Shown: positions 12,215 to 22,757, numbered from the stretch's first letter. The stretch is DNA of 64,000 nucleotides from Gammaproteobacteria bacterium (GCA_019748175.1 JAIEPX010000012.1:1858-65857); one strand, 5' to 3'. Translations and numbers: made by a program. Notes: generated from the sequence alone by a model not told the origin.

Positions 12215-12400
12215 CGGTCTAATAGTGTTGGAGACTAAATGATATCGAGAAAGAATGCCCTTAAAATCTTTGTTGATGCAGTAAATAGTCCAAATGCTGA
12301 TGTGGCTAGCATCAAAAGTGCAGCTATTACTTTTAACAAAGCTGATGAGAACGCATAAGAGCATCGCAACACCAACACAAGGAGTGGACAGCCTTAATTC
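12168..12400. repeat. Two-part short repeat, locus 2 (order Y...X)
   Basis: Y is 12168-12202 (atggaaatcgatcattgttcatcggttccggtc). X is about 12325-12400 (cttttaacaaagctgatgagaacgca...gagcatcgcaacaccaacacaaggagtggacagccttaattc). Confidence 0.65.
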
Positions 12401-12592
12401 TGGCTTCACCTCTCCCCCTTCTTCTAGATACAGATAATGTTAATAGGTGATGATATCACTATTAATCACTGATAACTCAGTTTGCTAATTTTTTCCGGAT
12501 GTAGTGTTGTCTATGTGTATATGTTAATATTATTCCACTCGCAAATTAGCGAGAATTATCGCGTTAACAATAATTCTTTTTTGGAGATTAAC

Positions 12593-13027
12593 ATGCAAGA
12601 TAATGAGATAGTCGATGCTGAATATCAAAAAGAGCGCTTATTTGCGTTTGTGCCCGGAGTAGCGCGAAAGACAGCTACGGTGGAAGAAACTCTGCGTTGT
12701 TATGTGCCAAAGATCGTCCCAATAGAAAATGTGCCACTCACATTTTTCCAAACCCAGCTTGAGCAAATCGCTGAAGAGGAAAATTTAGTTGTAGTTAAAG
12801 AATCGCAACTCTTAAATACCAAAACTCGTCGTCAAGCTGAAATCATTAAAGAAAGGGATTCAGTCACGTTCAGTACTCAAACACCGGCATTTTTTCAGGT
12901 TCAGCTAAAACCAGGTAAAACATTGCCTCAAAATGAGGGCAAAACTTATGCAAGTGTTGCTGCCCATGAGGTTGAGTTGACCAGCGAGTCTATTGTCGTT
13001 CTCCATGGTTTTGCAAGACGTGTGTAA
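12593..13027 (+). CDS. Hypothetical protein
   Basis: Start refined to MQDNEIVDAEY, which is preceded by GGAG. 144 aa, no recognisable domain. Confidence 0.45.
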   Translation: MQDNEIVDAEYQKERLFAFVPGVARKTATVEETLRCYVPKIVPIENVPLTFFQTQLEQIAEEENLVVVKESQLLNTKTRRQAEIIKERDSVTFSTQTPAFFQVQLKPGKTLPQNEGKTYASVAAHEVELTSESIVVLHGFARRV

Positions 13028-13162
13028 AATAAGCTGTAGCAACTGAAGAATATGCACTTTCAGAATGAGATTGAAAATATTCAAACGCAGGCACCTCGGT
13101 TCATTACATGATACCATGCGTTATCATAAGCTCATTATGAGAATGCACTATAGGTTTAAATC

Positions 13163-14023
13163 ATGCCTGAACTTGCTGAAGTCGAGACAACACGTAGAGG
13201 TATCACCTCTCATGTTGTTGGCCAAACAATAGCTAAAATAATAGTCCGGCAGGAGCAATTGCGTTGGTCCGTGCCGCAACAATTAATTGAAATTTTACCT
13301 AACAAGCAGTTTACTAGCCTGATACGTCGTGGCAAATATTTGTTGTTTAACGCAGATATCGGTACCATGATCGTGCATTTAGGTATGTCGGGTTGCTTGA
13401 GAATTGTTGACAAAGATGAGCCCGTCCAAAAGCACGACCACGTAGATATTGTTTTTAACAATGGTCACTGTTTACGTTATACCGATCCAAGACGATTTGG
13501 TTCGATACTTTGGACCACTGCTGATCCTCTCCAACATAAATTACTCTCTCATCTTGGACCAGAGCCTTTGAGTAGTGCTTTCAATGATAAATATTTATTC
13601 CAGCAGGTTAAAAGACGTTATGTGCCAATTAAATCATTCATCATGAATAGTCAAGTTGTCGTTGGTGTTGGCAATATATATGCCACCGAGAGCTTATTTC
13701 GAGCGCGTATTCATCCGCTATTACCCGCAAATGATCTCTCCCTAGAGCAGTCACAAAAGTTGGTGAAGACAATTAAAGAAGTTTTGCGTGATGCTATAAA
13801 GCAAGGTGGCACCACATTACGTGATTTCTTAAAATCCGATGGCAAGCCGGGTTACTTTCGCCAGCATTTACAAATTTATGGCAGAGCAGGGAAGTCATGT
13901 TTAGTGTGCGATACGAAATTAATATTAATCAAAATAAACCAGCGCAGTACGGTATATTGTCCATTCTGTCAGAAAGAGAAAGATAGGGGCAAACCGAGCC
14001 TAAATCAAAAAGACGTAATTTGA
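13163..14023 (+). CDS. mutM: Formamidopyrimidine-DNA glycosylase
   Basis: N-terminal MPELPEVE-type motif (MPELAEVETTRRG). C-terminal zinc finger CLVCDTK...CPFCQ. Confidence 0.9.
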   Translation: MPELAEVETTRRGITSHVVGQTIAKIIVRQEQLRWSVPQQLIEILPNKQFTSLIRRGKYLLFNADIGTMIVHLGMSGCLRIVDKDEPVQKHDHVDIVFNNGHCLRYTDPRRFGSILWTTADPLQHKLLSHLGPEPLSSAFNDKYLFQQVKRRYVPIKSFIMNSQVVVGVGNIYATESLFRARIHPLLPANDLSLEQSQKLVKTIKEVLRDAIKQGGTTLRDFLKSDGKPGYFRQHLQIYGRAGKSCLVCDTKLILIKINQRSTVYCPFCQKEKDRGKPSLNQKDVI

Positions 14024-14203
14024 CTTTATAGTCGAATTGGCCTAAGTTAGCCCATATAAAGTGTTGCGTTTGAGGGTTTATGGAAGACATAGTAGTCTTT
14101 CCCGTGACTCTCCGTAGAATATATTCGAATACTTGCGGCCTTATATTTATTAGCCGAAAGTAGCATTTTAGCCTGATAGCCCCATAACCTTTAGAGACAA
14201 AAA

Positions 14204-15193
14204 ATGCATCAAAAAACTAAAGTTCTAAATGCCGGCAATGAGAAAGATATATTAGAAGCCATTGCTATGATTCAAGGAGGGCAGTTAGTTGCTGTACCTA
14301 CTGAAACTGTCTATGGTCTCGCCGCTGACGCAAGAAATATTGACGCTGTTAAGAATATTTTTAGAGTAAAAAATCGCCCAACTGATCATCCACTAATTGT
14401 CCATATTGCTGCATTTGAACAGTTATCTCAGTGGGCAATAGATATTCCACCTGTTGCAGCTATTATAGCCAAACACTTTTGGCCAGGCCCAATTACTTTA
14501 CTACTTAAGAAGAAAGATTTAGTCAACGATGTGGTAACGGGTGGATTAACAACAATCGCTATACGCATCCCTCAAAATAAAACACTGTTAAAAATGCTAC
14601 GGCTATTAAACACAGGACTAGCAGCGCCTTCGGCAAATCCTTACAAAAGAATTAGCCCGACGGCCGCAGAACATGTTATGTCAGGTTTATCAGGAAAAAT
14701 AGCTGCAGTATTGGATGACGGACCATGCCGAATCGGCGTTGAATCAACAATTTTAGATTTAACGAAAAGCAGAATACGCATTCTAAGGCCTGGGCCGATA
14801 ACAAAAAAAATGATTGAAGACATTGTGGAGGTATCAATAGACTCACCGTCAATATATCCAGAAAATGTACCTGGAAATAGGCAATCTCATTATCAACCTT
14901 ACACAAAAACCTCTCTAATTACTCTAGATGAAATAGAAAGGCAACTCTCTCAAACCAACAATCAAGAAAAACTATTAGCTGTTATTCACTACTCAGACTG
15001 GAAATGTGCACACAATAACATTAAAACAATAAAATTATCAAAAAATAAAATCGAGTATAGCAGATTAATCTATCAGGCTTTACATGAGCTCGACAATATT
15101 CATGCCAACCAAATTCTCATTGAAATGCCACCAAACAATGATACATGGAGCGATATTTTAGATAGACTATCTAAAGCTTCAGCAATAACTTGA
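14204..15193 (+). CDS. tsaC: L-threonylcarbamoyladenylate synthase (Sua5/YrdC/TsaC family, long form)
   Basis: YrdC-type N-terminal domain (VPTETVYGLAADA) plus a Sua5-type C-terminal extension. Confidence 0.8.
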   Translation: MHQKTKVLNAGNEKDILEAIAMIQGGQLVAVPTETVYGLAADARNIDAVKNIFRVKNRPTDHPLIVHIAAFEQLSQWAIDIPPVAAIIAKHFWPGPITLLLKKKDLVNDVVTGGLTTIAIRIPQNKTLLKMLRLLNTGLAAPSANPYKRISPTAAEHVMSGLSGKIAAVLDDGPCRIGVESTILDLTKSRIRILRPGPITKKMIEDIVEVSIDSPSIYPENVPGNRQSHYQPYTKTSLITLDEIERQLSQTNNQEKLLAVIHYSDWKCAHNNIKTIKLSKNKIEYSRLIYQALHELDNIHANQILIEMPPNNDTWSDILDRLSKASAIT

Positions 15194-15406
15194 GGAGCTG
15201 CAAATGACAAATTTACGAAGTTTATCAGCGATTCAGCCTCTTACTAGCAAGCGAAACTGTCCTGTTGACACAATAATCTTATTACTAAGACAAAATCGGA
15301 AAAACTCATGCAACAATATACTCACCGAAATAATAAAACCTTGCACACCATTGTCGCTATGCCTGAATAGCCTGGTTACGCTTTTTGGAAAATTTAGGTA
15401 TATGAG

Positions 15407-17410
15407 ATGCTAAGGAAATTTAAGGAACGCGGTAAAAGCAAACTATCAGAATTACCAAATTTGCCAACAGATGTATTGGAATTGATTCAGCATATGCTGC
15501 CCATTTCTGATCAAGCTAGTTTTGCGCGTGTTTGTAAAGCTTGGTCGAAAGCCGGATCGCGCGGACGGCGACCCGATCGCTGGGAAATCAATTTTCTACG
15601 CCATTTTGAGCAACAATATCATATCCTGCGATCGACAAAAAAAGATATTCGTGACTGGCAATTTCAATTTAAGAAACAAGAAGATGAAGAGTATTCTCAT
15701 CTTAGTAAATCCAACCGCAAATTACTCCGCAAGATCAAAGACTGTAATTTAAAAAATTTAGACATGCTTGCCCAACAAATAGAACGCAACACTTTGATTG
15801 CATGTGACAGTAACGGTTTTAGTATTGCTTATTGGGCACAGCGGCATAGGTATTATTCTTGGTTAAATACAATTTATCAAACTAAGATTCTGCCAAGATA
15901 CACAGTAAATGGTAGCCTTAACCCGAATAGTGTTGATAGTAATCGGCGGACTCTATTACAGTGGGCAGTTGAGCTTCGGCAAGATAATGACCATATCGCC
16001 GAGCTACTTGCTTTAACTAATAGTGCAGCAGTCAATTCTCATGATTGCTTAGGTGCAACAGCGCTGTTTATCGCCTGCCAAAATGGCTATATTGAAGCGG
16101 CAGAATTATTACTTAATGCTACTGCCGATGTGAATTTAGAGTGTACTACAGGGGCAAATGGGCTCTTTATTAGCTGTCAGCTTGGCCACACTGCCATTGT
16201 GAAATTATTACTTGATCGCGGTGCCAAGATGAATTCGCGGTACTTCAACGGCCACACTGACTTATCTATCGCCTGTCAGCACGGACATACTGCCGCTGTA
16301 AAATTATTATTAGATCGCGGTGCCGATGTGAATTTGCAGTGTCAAACTGGGGTAACCGCCCTTGCTATCGCCTCTCGGCACGGACACACTACAGTCATAA
16401 AAATATTGCTAGACCATGATCCCGATATGAATATACAAGACAGTACCGGGGCAACCGCGCTCTCTATCGCCATGCAAAATCGCCATATTGAAGCGGTGAA
16501 ATTATTACTCGATCACAAAGCTAATGCGAATTTGCCAAATAATATGGGAAAAACTGCGTTATTTATCGCCTGTCAAAATGGCGATGCTGAAGCTGTGGAA
16601 TTATTGCTAAATGCTAATGCTGATGTTAATTCGCGCTCCAACACTGGCGCAACGGCACTATCGATCGCGTGTGAGAATGGTCATACTGCAGTTGTGAAAT
16701 TATTACTGGCAGCTGGCGCCAAGAAGAGTTCAAAATGCTGCGACGGTAAAACTGCGTTGTTTTTAGCCTGTCAGAACGGCCACACTGAAATCGCGAAATT
16801 ATTGCTAGTAGCTCGTGCTAGAATAAATTCTCGATCCAACTCTGGTGCAACCGCACTTTATGTAGCCTGTTTTAATGGTCATACTGCAGCCGTGGAATTA
16901 CTAATTAACCATGGGGCCCTGATGGATTTGCGGCACAACACTGGTGAAACGGCACTCAATATAGCTTATTATAGAGGCCATATTGGTGCTGTATGCTTAT
17001 TATTAAATGCTGGCGCTGTTGTGAGTTTATCTATCGACGAGTGCGCAACTCTACTTCAAATAGCTAGTAATAATAATTATGATAGCATCGTCAAAATTTT
17101 GATCACCGAAGCACTGAATAAATACATCGATGAAAACAATAAACTAATTGAAAATACTAATAAATCTGCATCAGCGCATAAAAATCACGATCACCTGAAG
17201 TTTTTCAAAACGTCTCGCGGGAAAATCATTCAGCAAGTAACGATAGCTGTTGCAGCAGCGACATTGCTGAAGGTACTAAATGGCGAGGAGTCTCCAGAAA
17301 TTCTCTCTTACCATTCTCTTGCATTTAAGATTGATAATGAGCTGCATAAGCTTTACCAATACTCTATTAAACACCATTTACTACGAAAAAATTCATTGTC
17401 AGCTGCTTGA
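15407..17410 (+). CDS. F-box plus ankyrin-repeat protein (eukaryotic-like, AnkB-type candidate effector)
   Basis: N-terminal F-box consensus LPTDVLELIQHMLPISDQASFARVCKAW. Then about 13 tandem 33-aa ankyrin repeats (G-TAL--A---GH---V-LLL--GA--N). Confidence 0.85.
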   Translation: MLRKFKERGKSKLSELPNLPTDVLELIQHMLPISDQASFARVCKAWSKAGSRGRRPDRWEINFLRHFEQQYHILRSTKKDIRDWQFQFKKQEDEEYSHLSKSNRKLLRKIKDCNLKNLDMLAQQIERNTLIACDSNGFSIAYWAQRHRYYSWLNTIYQTKILPRYTVNGSLNPNSVDSNRRTLLQWAVELRQDNDHIAELLALTNSAAVNSHDCLGATALFIACQNGYIEAAELLLNATADVNLECTTGANGLFISCQLGHTAIVKLLLDRGAKMNSRYFNGHTDLSIACQHGHTAAVKLLLDRGADVNLQCQTGVTALAIASRHGHTTVIKILLDHDPDMNIQDSTGATALSIAMQNRHIEAVKLLLDHKANANLPNNMGKTALFIACQNGDAEAVELLLNANADVNSRSNTGATALSIACENGHTAVVKLLLAAGAKKSSKCCDGKTALFLACQNGHTEIAKLLLVARARINSRSNSGATALYVACFNGHTAAVELLINHGALMDLRHNTGETALNIAYYRGHIGAVCLLLNAGAVVSLSIDECATLLQIASNNNYDSIVKILITEALNKYIDENNKLIENTNKSASAHKNHDHLKFFKTSRGKIIQQVTIAVAAATLLKVLNGEESPEILSYHSLAFKIDNELHKLYQYSIKHHLLRKNSLSAA

Positions 17411-17493
17411 TAATGTGGTGGTATTTCATGATATTAAACTTAAAAAACAGAGTCACAAATTCTGGTATTGAGAGAGCCAAGGGTGGGGAGGGG

Positions 17494-17530
17494 TGACTAA
17501 AGTTTCAATGTTAGACCTGACCCCGTTCTC
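17494..17530. repeat. MITE/REP-like element, half copy
   Basis: gactaaagtttcaatgttagacctgaccccgttctc matches the right half of the element at 5762-5846 and 9084-9165. Confidence 0.6.
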
Positions 17531-17534
17531 TGTC

Positions 17535-17939
17535 TTAATGCTGAATAGTTTCAAAAGCGCGTTTGTTATCATCACAAGAAACAACAATTGCAGGCTTTCC
17601 ATTATAATAAGTTGTATACAACCAATTAATGTTAACCTTGGCCTTCGAGAGTTCGGTAGTGATTTGTGTGATTGAACCTGGTTCGTCTTTTGTATAGATA
17701 ACCAATACATCTTCTTCACGGAAATTACTGAAGGGTGAAGATTTTAAAACTTCACGGGCTTTAGAGTAATTGTCGGTAATAAAGGCAAAATGACCTTTTC
17801 CAGAGTAATTATTACCCCACATTGCTTTAATGTTGCAATGACCTGTTTCAGATAACAGTGATGTTAGCTGGTTTGTAATACCTGGCTGTGCATTGGTTTC
17901 AAGATAAAATTCTTTTTCCAAACTGACTTGCTGCCCCAT
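17535..17939 (-). CDS. Tandem ACT-like domain protein (hypothetical)
   Basis: Start refined to MGQQVSLEKEF. Two beta-alpha-beta-beta-alpha-beta-like halves. Weak assignment. Confidence 0.35.
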   Translation of the reverse strand: MGQQVSLEKEFYLETNAQPGITNQLTSLLSETGHCNIKAMWGNNYSGKGHFAFITDNYSKAREVLKSSPFSNFREEDVLVIYTKDEPGSITQITTELSKAKVNINWLYTTYYNGKPAIVVSCDDNKRAFETIQH

Positions 17940-18081
17940 GATATCGCTCCATTCTTTGTTAATAATGATACCGCCTGTAATCTGACAGGGGTCTATTAAG
18001 CATAGTAGAGGAGTGGGGCTTTGCCACTCTTTATTCTCGGGAGCAAGCCCCAATATTCATTGAAAACAAGTAAATCCGAGT

Positions 18082-19296
18082 TTAGCTAAAAACTTCTTCT
18101 GGAATTGAAGGAATTTGAACTACAGGGTCCACTTCTTGAGCATAGTTTACATCTGCAAGATCAAATCCAAACAGTTTTTGAAATTCGTGACGGTAGCCTT
18201 GAATATCAGTGAGTGCTTCTAAATTCTGCGTATTGACTGCAGCCCACAGTTTTGATACTTCGGTTTGAATATCGTCTTGCATTTCCCAATCGTCCAACCG
18301 AATAAAACCTTGATCATCAATTTGCACACCTGCAGGACTGTACATTTTCTCCGTGAATAAACGAGAGATTTGTTCAATACAGCCTTCGTGAAGATTTTTA
18401 TTTTTCATAATTTTATATAATATTGAAATATAGAGCGGAACAACAGGAATTGCGCTGCTGGCTTGGGTCACTAACGCTTTATTGACAGAAATAAGTGCCT
18501 TACCGTTAATGGATTGAAGAAGAGCATCAATTTGATTCACTGTTTTGTATAGATGTTTTTTAGCGGCTCCAATGGTTCCATCACGATAAATAGGAAATGT
18601 TAATTCAGGTCCGATATAAGAATAAGCGAGCGTTTTAACACCGTGAGCCAATAATCCGTTTTCTGAAAGGCATTGCATCCAATCAAACCAATCTTCTCCG
18701 CCCATCACTTTTTCAGTTTGTTCAATGTCTTCAGTCGAAGCGGGATCGAGAGTGATATCAAAAACTTCGCCTGTCATCACATTAACAGTGTGGTTGGTGT
18801 ACGCTTGACCAATCGGTTTCAACGTCGAATTATACACCGTTCCGGTTTTGCTCTCAGTGCGTCTTGGTGAAGCTAAACTATAGATAACTAAATCGACACC
18901 ACCTTGCCAATCGTTTTTGATCATATCAATCGTTTGCTGTTTGATTTCTTGGGAGAAAGCATCGCCGTTAATGCTTTTGGCATAGAGATTAGCTTTCTGT
19001 GCAGCTTCTTCAAAAGCAGCAGTATTGTACCATCCTGCGGAAGCCGTTCGTTTGGCAGACGCCGCTTTTTCGTAAAAAACACCAATGGTTGCTGCGTGTG
19101 CGCCAAACGCTGCTGCGATCCGACTCGCCAATCCATAACCCGTCGATGCGCCAATCACTAAGACTTTTTTAGGACCACTCACATCCACGTGTTGCTTAAC
19201 AAAGTCAATTTGCTGGCGTACATTTTCAGCACAGCCTGTTGGATGAGCGGTAGTACAAATAAAGCCTCGAATTTTGGGTTCAATCAACATTGCCAT
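18082..19296 (-). CDS. fabV: Trans-2-enoyl-CoA/ACP reductase (NADH), FabV
   Basis: 404 aa. N-terminus (M.)PKIRGFICTTAHPTGC is the FabV hallmark. SDR-like fold. Confidence 0.85.
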   Translation of the reverse strand: MAMLIEPKIRGFICTTAHPTGCAENVRQQIDFVKQHVDVSGPKKVLVIGASTGYGLASRIAAAFGAHAATIGVFYEKAASAKRTASAGWYNTAAFEEAAQKANLYAKSINGDAFSQEIKQQTIDMIKNDWQGGVDLVIYSLASPRRTESKTGTVYNSTLKPIGQAYTNHTVNVMTGEVFDITLDPASTEDIEQTEKVMGGEDWFDWMQCLSENGLLAHGVKTLAYSYIGPELTFPIYRDGTIGAAKKHLYKTVNQIDALLQSINGKALISVNKALVTQASSAIPVVPLYISILYKIMKNKNLHEGCIEQISRLFTEKMYSPAGVQIDDQGFIRLDDWEMQDDIQTEVSKLWAAVNTQNLEALTDIQGYRHEFQKLFGFDLADVNYAQEVDPVVQIPSIPEEVFS

Positions 19297-19370
19297 GATT
19301 TTTCTCCATGAAATTTTTGTGATCGCTCAGAAGTTTACGCTTAATCAGTAAGAACTGACAAGTCCATCAA

Positions 19371-20012
19371 TTAACTGCTAGTGGAGTTATTGGTGACCAA
19401 TAGCTCACGTAATTTTGCCTTGATCATATCAATGGCAATTCGATTTTGACCACCACGCGGAACTATGATGTCTGCGTAGCGCTTACTGGGCTCAATAAAT
19501 TGAAAATACATCGGACGAACGGTATCAATATATTGTTGTAAAACAGAATCAAACGAACGCTCGCGTTCAACGATATCGCGTTTGAGGCGACGAAGAAGGC
19601 AGATATCGAGTGGAGTATCCATAAAAATGCGAACATCCATGATGTCACGAAGTTTGGGCTCAAAAAATAGCAAAATGCCTTCAAGAACGATAATCGTATG
19701 CTGTCCTATTTCTCGAACGTTTGAAGATCGGACGTGCTGGGTAAAATCGTATTGAGGAACCTGAACAGTTTCACCATTTTGGAGGGCTATTAAGTGTTGG
19801 GAGAATAATTCATGATCAAAGGAGTCGGGATGGTCGTAGTTGATTTTAGTGCGCTCTTCAAATGAAATGTCTTTGCGATCTCTATAGTAAGAATCTTCAG
19901 TAATAACAACAACTTGGTCAGACCCAAGCTCTCGAACTATAGTATTAGCCAATAAACTTTTACCGCTAGCTGACGGCCCGGCGATACCTATAATCATCGT
20001 ATTATTACGCAT
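19371..20012 (-). CDS. udk: Uridine kinase
   Basis: P-loop IIGIAGPSASGKSLLANTI and the Udk family C-terminus. Confidence 0.85.
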   Translation of the reverse strand: MRNNTMIIGIAGPSASGKSLLANTIVRELGSDQVVVITEDSYYRDRKDISFEERTKINYDHPDSFDHELFSQHLIALQNGETVQVPQYDFTQHVRSSNVREIGQHTIIVLEGILLFFEPKLRDIMDVRIFMDTPLDICLLRRLKRDIVERERSFDSVLQQYIDTVRPMYFQFIEPSKRYADIIVPRGGQNRIAIDMIKAKLRELLVTNNSTSS

Positions 20013-20114
20013 TCACCCCTCCCAATACAAACTGGCACAATAATACACAAAATTAATGGGATTGTCATCAATTGTTCGGTAAAAGCGAGAAAGAGATCAA
20101 AAAAGTTAGGCTAA

Positions 20115-20672
20115 TCAATGTGCTAATAAAACATAAACGGCCCCAGCACCGCCATCTCGACCAGGAGCGCTAGTAAAAGCCAGTACAATAGGAATTTGCC
20201 GTAGCCACGCATTGACTAAATTTTTCAGAATGGGAGTATCGCCATGGTGTTTTCCTTTTCCATGGACGATTCGGACGCACCGCCAGTGTTGATTTTGGGC
20301 TTTAGTTAAGAAACGGATTAGTTCGTCACGTGCTTGATCAATTGTCGCACCGTGGAGATCTAAATGGCTTTGAATCGCAAATTCTCCAGCTTTTAAGCGC
20401 TTTAAATCTTTGTGTGAAATTCCACTACCTCGATATTCAATAGACTCTTCACCTGTCACCGATTGAGGGCTGTGATCAGATAATGGCAAGCTACTCAAAT
20501 CGATGTTATTTGGTTGCCTAACCTTCTGTTTCCTATCAACTTTTATATCAACAGGCGTCGGCGCCTCTCTTTTCTCCAACAGCGGACGTTCTTCACCGAG
20601 CGGAATCGTCCCTTTGACGCTTTCGCGAAATAAAGCCCGCTCTTCGGGTGTAATGTCATCTTTGTTTGGCAT
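20115..20672 (-). CDS. Smr-domain protein (SmrA/YdaL-like)
   Basis: C-terminal Smr domain LDLHG...VRIVHGKG. Start refined to MPNKDDITPEE. Confidence 0.7.
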   Translation of the reverse strand: MPNKDDITPEERALFRESVKGTIPLGEERPLLEKREAPTPVDIKVDRKQKVRQPNNIDLSSLPLSDHSPQSVTGEESIEYRGSGISHKDLKRLKAGEFAIQSHLDLHGATIDQARDELIRFLTKAQNQHWRCVRIVHGKGKHHGDTPILKNLVNAWLRQIPIVLAFTSAPGRDGGAGAVYVLLAH

Positions 20673-20804
20673 AATGGAAGTATAGAACGTTATGGTCACG
20701 GCGTCGCGTCTTGAGTTGTTAGTGGTTCTCGCACTTCTCAGCTTTAGTTTAGTAAAATACTCTGTTAGACTATATATTAATTAATAGAAAGTGGGCAGAA
20801 AGCT

Positions 20805-21713
20805 ATGAGTGATGTTTCAGTCGTCAACGACCTCAAGACAATAAGAGACTATTTACGTTGGGCTACCAGTCGATTTAACAAAGCTGAATTAGTATTCGGA
20901 CATGGTACAGATAACGCCTGGGACGATGCTTTTCAATTACTGAGTTACGCATTATCAATACCCATTGAGTCCTACGATATTTTAGATGCCCGACTCACAG
21001 TAGAAGAACGCCAGCAAATTGTTCTACTTATTGACGAACGTGTAGAGACACGAAAACCTGTTCCGTATATCACTCATCGTGCTTGGTTCTCAGGTTTAGA
21101 TTTTTATGTGGACGAACGAGTTCTGATACCACGATCACCGATTGCTGAATTAATTCAACAAGAGTTTAAACCCTGGGTTTCTAATAGCCCTGATCGAATT
21201 CTTGATTTATGTACAGGCAGTGGATGCATTGCAACAGCATGTGCCCTTGCATTTCCGAATGCATTAGTGGACGCCGTTGATTATGAAAAAAATGCTTTAG
21301 ACGTTGCGAAAATTAATGTCGCACAATATGGATTACAAGATCACGTTAATTTAATTCACAGTGATTTATTCAATGAATTAAGTAATAAACAATATGATCT
21401 TATTGTCACTAATCCACCTTATGTGAGCAATGAAGAAATTTCTGCATTACCCAAAGAATTTCAACATGAACCCAAAATAGGATTGTACGGATATGGGGCT
21501 GATGGATTAGATATTGTGCAAAAAATCTTAAAAGAAGCCGCGAAATATCTTACACCTGAAGGGGTTTTAGTCTGTGAGGTGGGCTTTAGTGAAACTAAAT
21601 TAATTGAACGATATCCAATGGCTCCTTTTACATGGGTTGAATTTCAACAGGGCGGGCAGGGCGTTTTTGTTTTAACTGCCGATCAATTAAATGCATGTCG
21701 TGAAATGTGGTAA
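20805..21713 (+). CDS. prmB: Ribosomal protein L3 glutamine N5-methyltransferase
   Basis: HemK-family class I methyltransferase with the NPPYV motif and PrmB-like length. Confidence 0.8.
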   Translation: MSDVSVVNDLKTIRDYLRWATSRFNKAELVFGHGTDNAWDDAFQLLSYALSIPIESYDILDARLTVEERQQIVLLIDERVETRKPVPYITHRAWFSGLDFYVDERVLIPRSPIAELIQQEFKPWVSNSPDRILDLCTGSGCIATACALAFPNALVDAVDYEKNALDVAKINVAQYGLQDHVNLIHSDLFNELSNKQYDLIVTNPPYVSNEEISALPKEFQHEPKIGLYGYGADGLDIVQKILKEAAKYLTPEGVLVCEVGFSETKLIERYPMAPFTWVEFQQGGQGVFVLTADQLNACREMW

Positions 21714-21743
21714 GCTGTAGATTATTATTAGAGGATTAATGTT

Positions 21744-22757
21744 ATGAGTCGTGAATTTAACGTTGCAGTTCTTGGCGCAACAGGTGCTGTCGGAGAAACT
21801 ATTATTGAAATTCTTGCTGAAAGGCAATTCCCAGTAAAAAAATTATTTCCCTTGGGTAGCGAACGCTCAGCAGGAAAATCAGTGAGTTTTATGGGTAAAA
21901 ATATTCGAGTTACCGATGCGGCTAAATTCGATTGGGCTGATGCAGAGATTGCATTATTTTCTGCAGGCGGAAGTGTTTCTGCACATTACGCACCGATAGC
22001 GGCCGATGCAGGAACTGTGGTCATCGATAATACTTCACATTTTCGACAAGACGTCGATGTTCCACTCGTGATACCTGAAGTTAATCCTGAAGCACTCAAA
22101 GACTTTCGTCAACGCAATATTATTGCAAATCCAAATTGCTCAACGATTCAAATGCTTGTTGCATTAAAACCGATTTACGACGCTGTCGGAATTCGTCGCA
22201 TTAATGTGGCGACCTATCAATCTGTTTCGGGTGCTGGAAAATCAGCTCTAGCAGAATTAGCGGGTCAAGTTGCGAACGTTATGAATGGACAAGATGTAGG
22301 ATGCAAAAAATTTCCAAAACAAATTGCTTTTAATGTACTTCCCCACATTGATGCCTTTCAAGACAATGGCTATACACGTGAAGAAATGAAAATGTTTTGG
22401 GAAACTCAGAAAATTTTCGGAGATCTCGATATTTTAGTGAATGCAACTGCCGTAAGGGTTCCTGTTTTTTATGGTCATTCTGAAGCCATCAACATTGAAA
22501 CGATCAAAAAAATCTCTGCAGAAGAAGCCAAAGATCTCTTGAGAGTGGCGCCCGGAGTAATATTGATGGAACCTGATTCAAACTATCCAACGCCAGTCAC
22601 TGAGGCTGCTAAACATGACGGCGTTTTCGTAGGGCGAGTACGAGAAGACATCAGCCATCCAAATGCCCTAAATCTTTGGGTAGTTTCCGATAATATCCGC
22701 AAAGGCGCCGCCTTAAATGCTGTGCAAATTGCCGAATTGCTGCTAAATGAAATCTAA
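21744..22757 (+). CDS. asd: Aspartate-semialdehyde dehydrogenase (337-aa Asd/USG-1 type)
   Basis: NAD(P)-binding VAVLGATGAVG and active-site Cys in NPNCSTIQMLVAL. Lies upstream of fimV-truA, as asd/usg does in other Gammaproteobacteria. Confidence 0.8.
   Translation: MSREFNVAVLGATGAVGETIIEILAERQFPVKKLFPLGSERSAGKSVSFMGKNIRVTDAAKFDWADAEIALFSAGGSVSAHYAPIAADAGTVVIDNTSHFRQDVDVPLVIPEVNPEALKDFRQRNIIANPNCSTIQMLVALKPIYDAVGIRRINVATYQSVSGAGKSALAELAGQVANVMNGQDVGCKKFPKQIAFNVLPHIDAFQDNGYTREEMKMFWETQKIFGDLDILVNATAVRVPVFYGHSEAINIETIKKISAEEAKDLLRVAPGVILMEPDSNYPTPVTEAAKHDGVFVGRVREDISHPNALNLWVVSDNIRKGAALNAVQIAELLLNEI

Noticed and set aside
15204-15413. 69-aa ORF between tsaC and the F-box gene
   Set aside because: No ribosome-binding site and no homology. 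It is probably untranslated leader sequence of the ankyrin gene.
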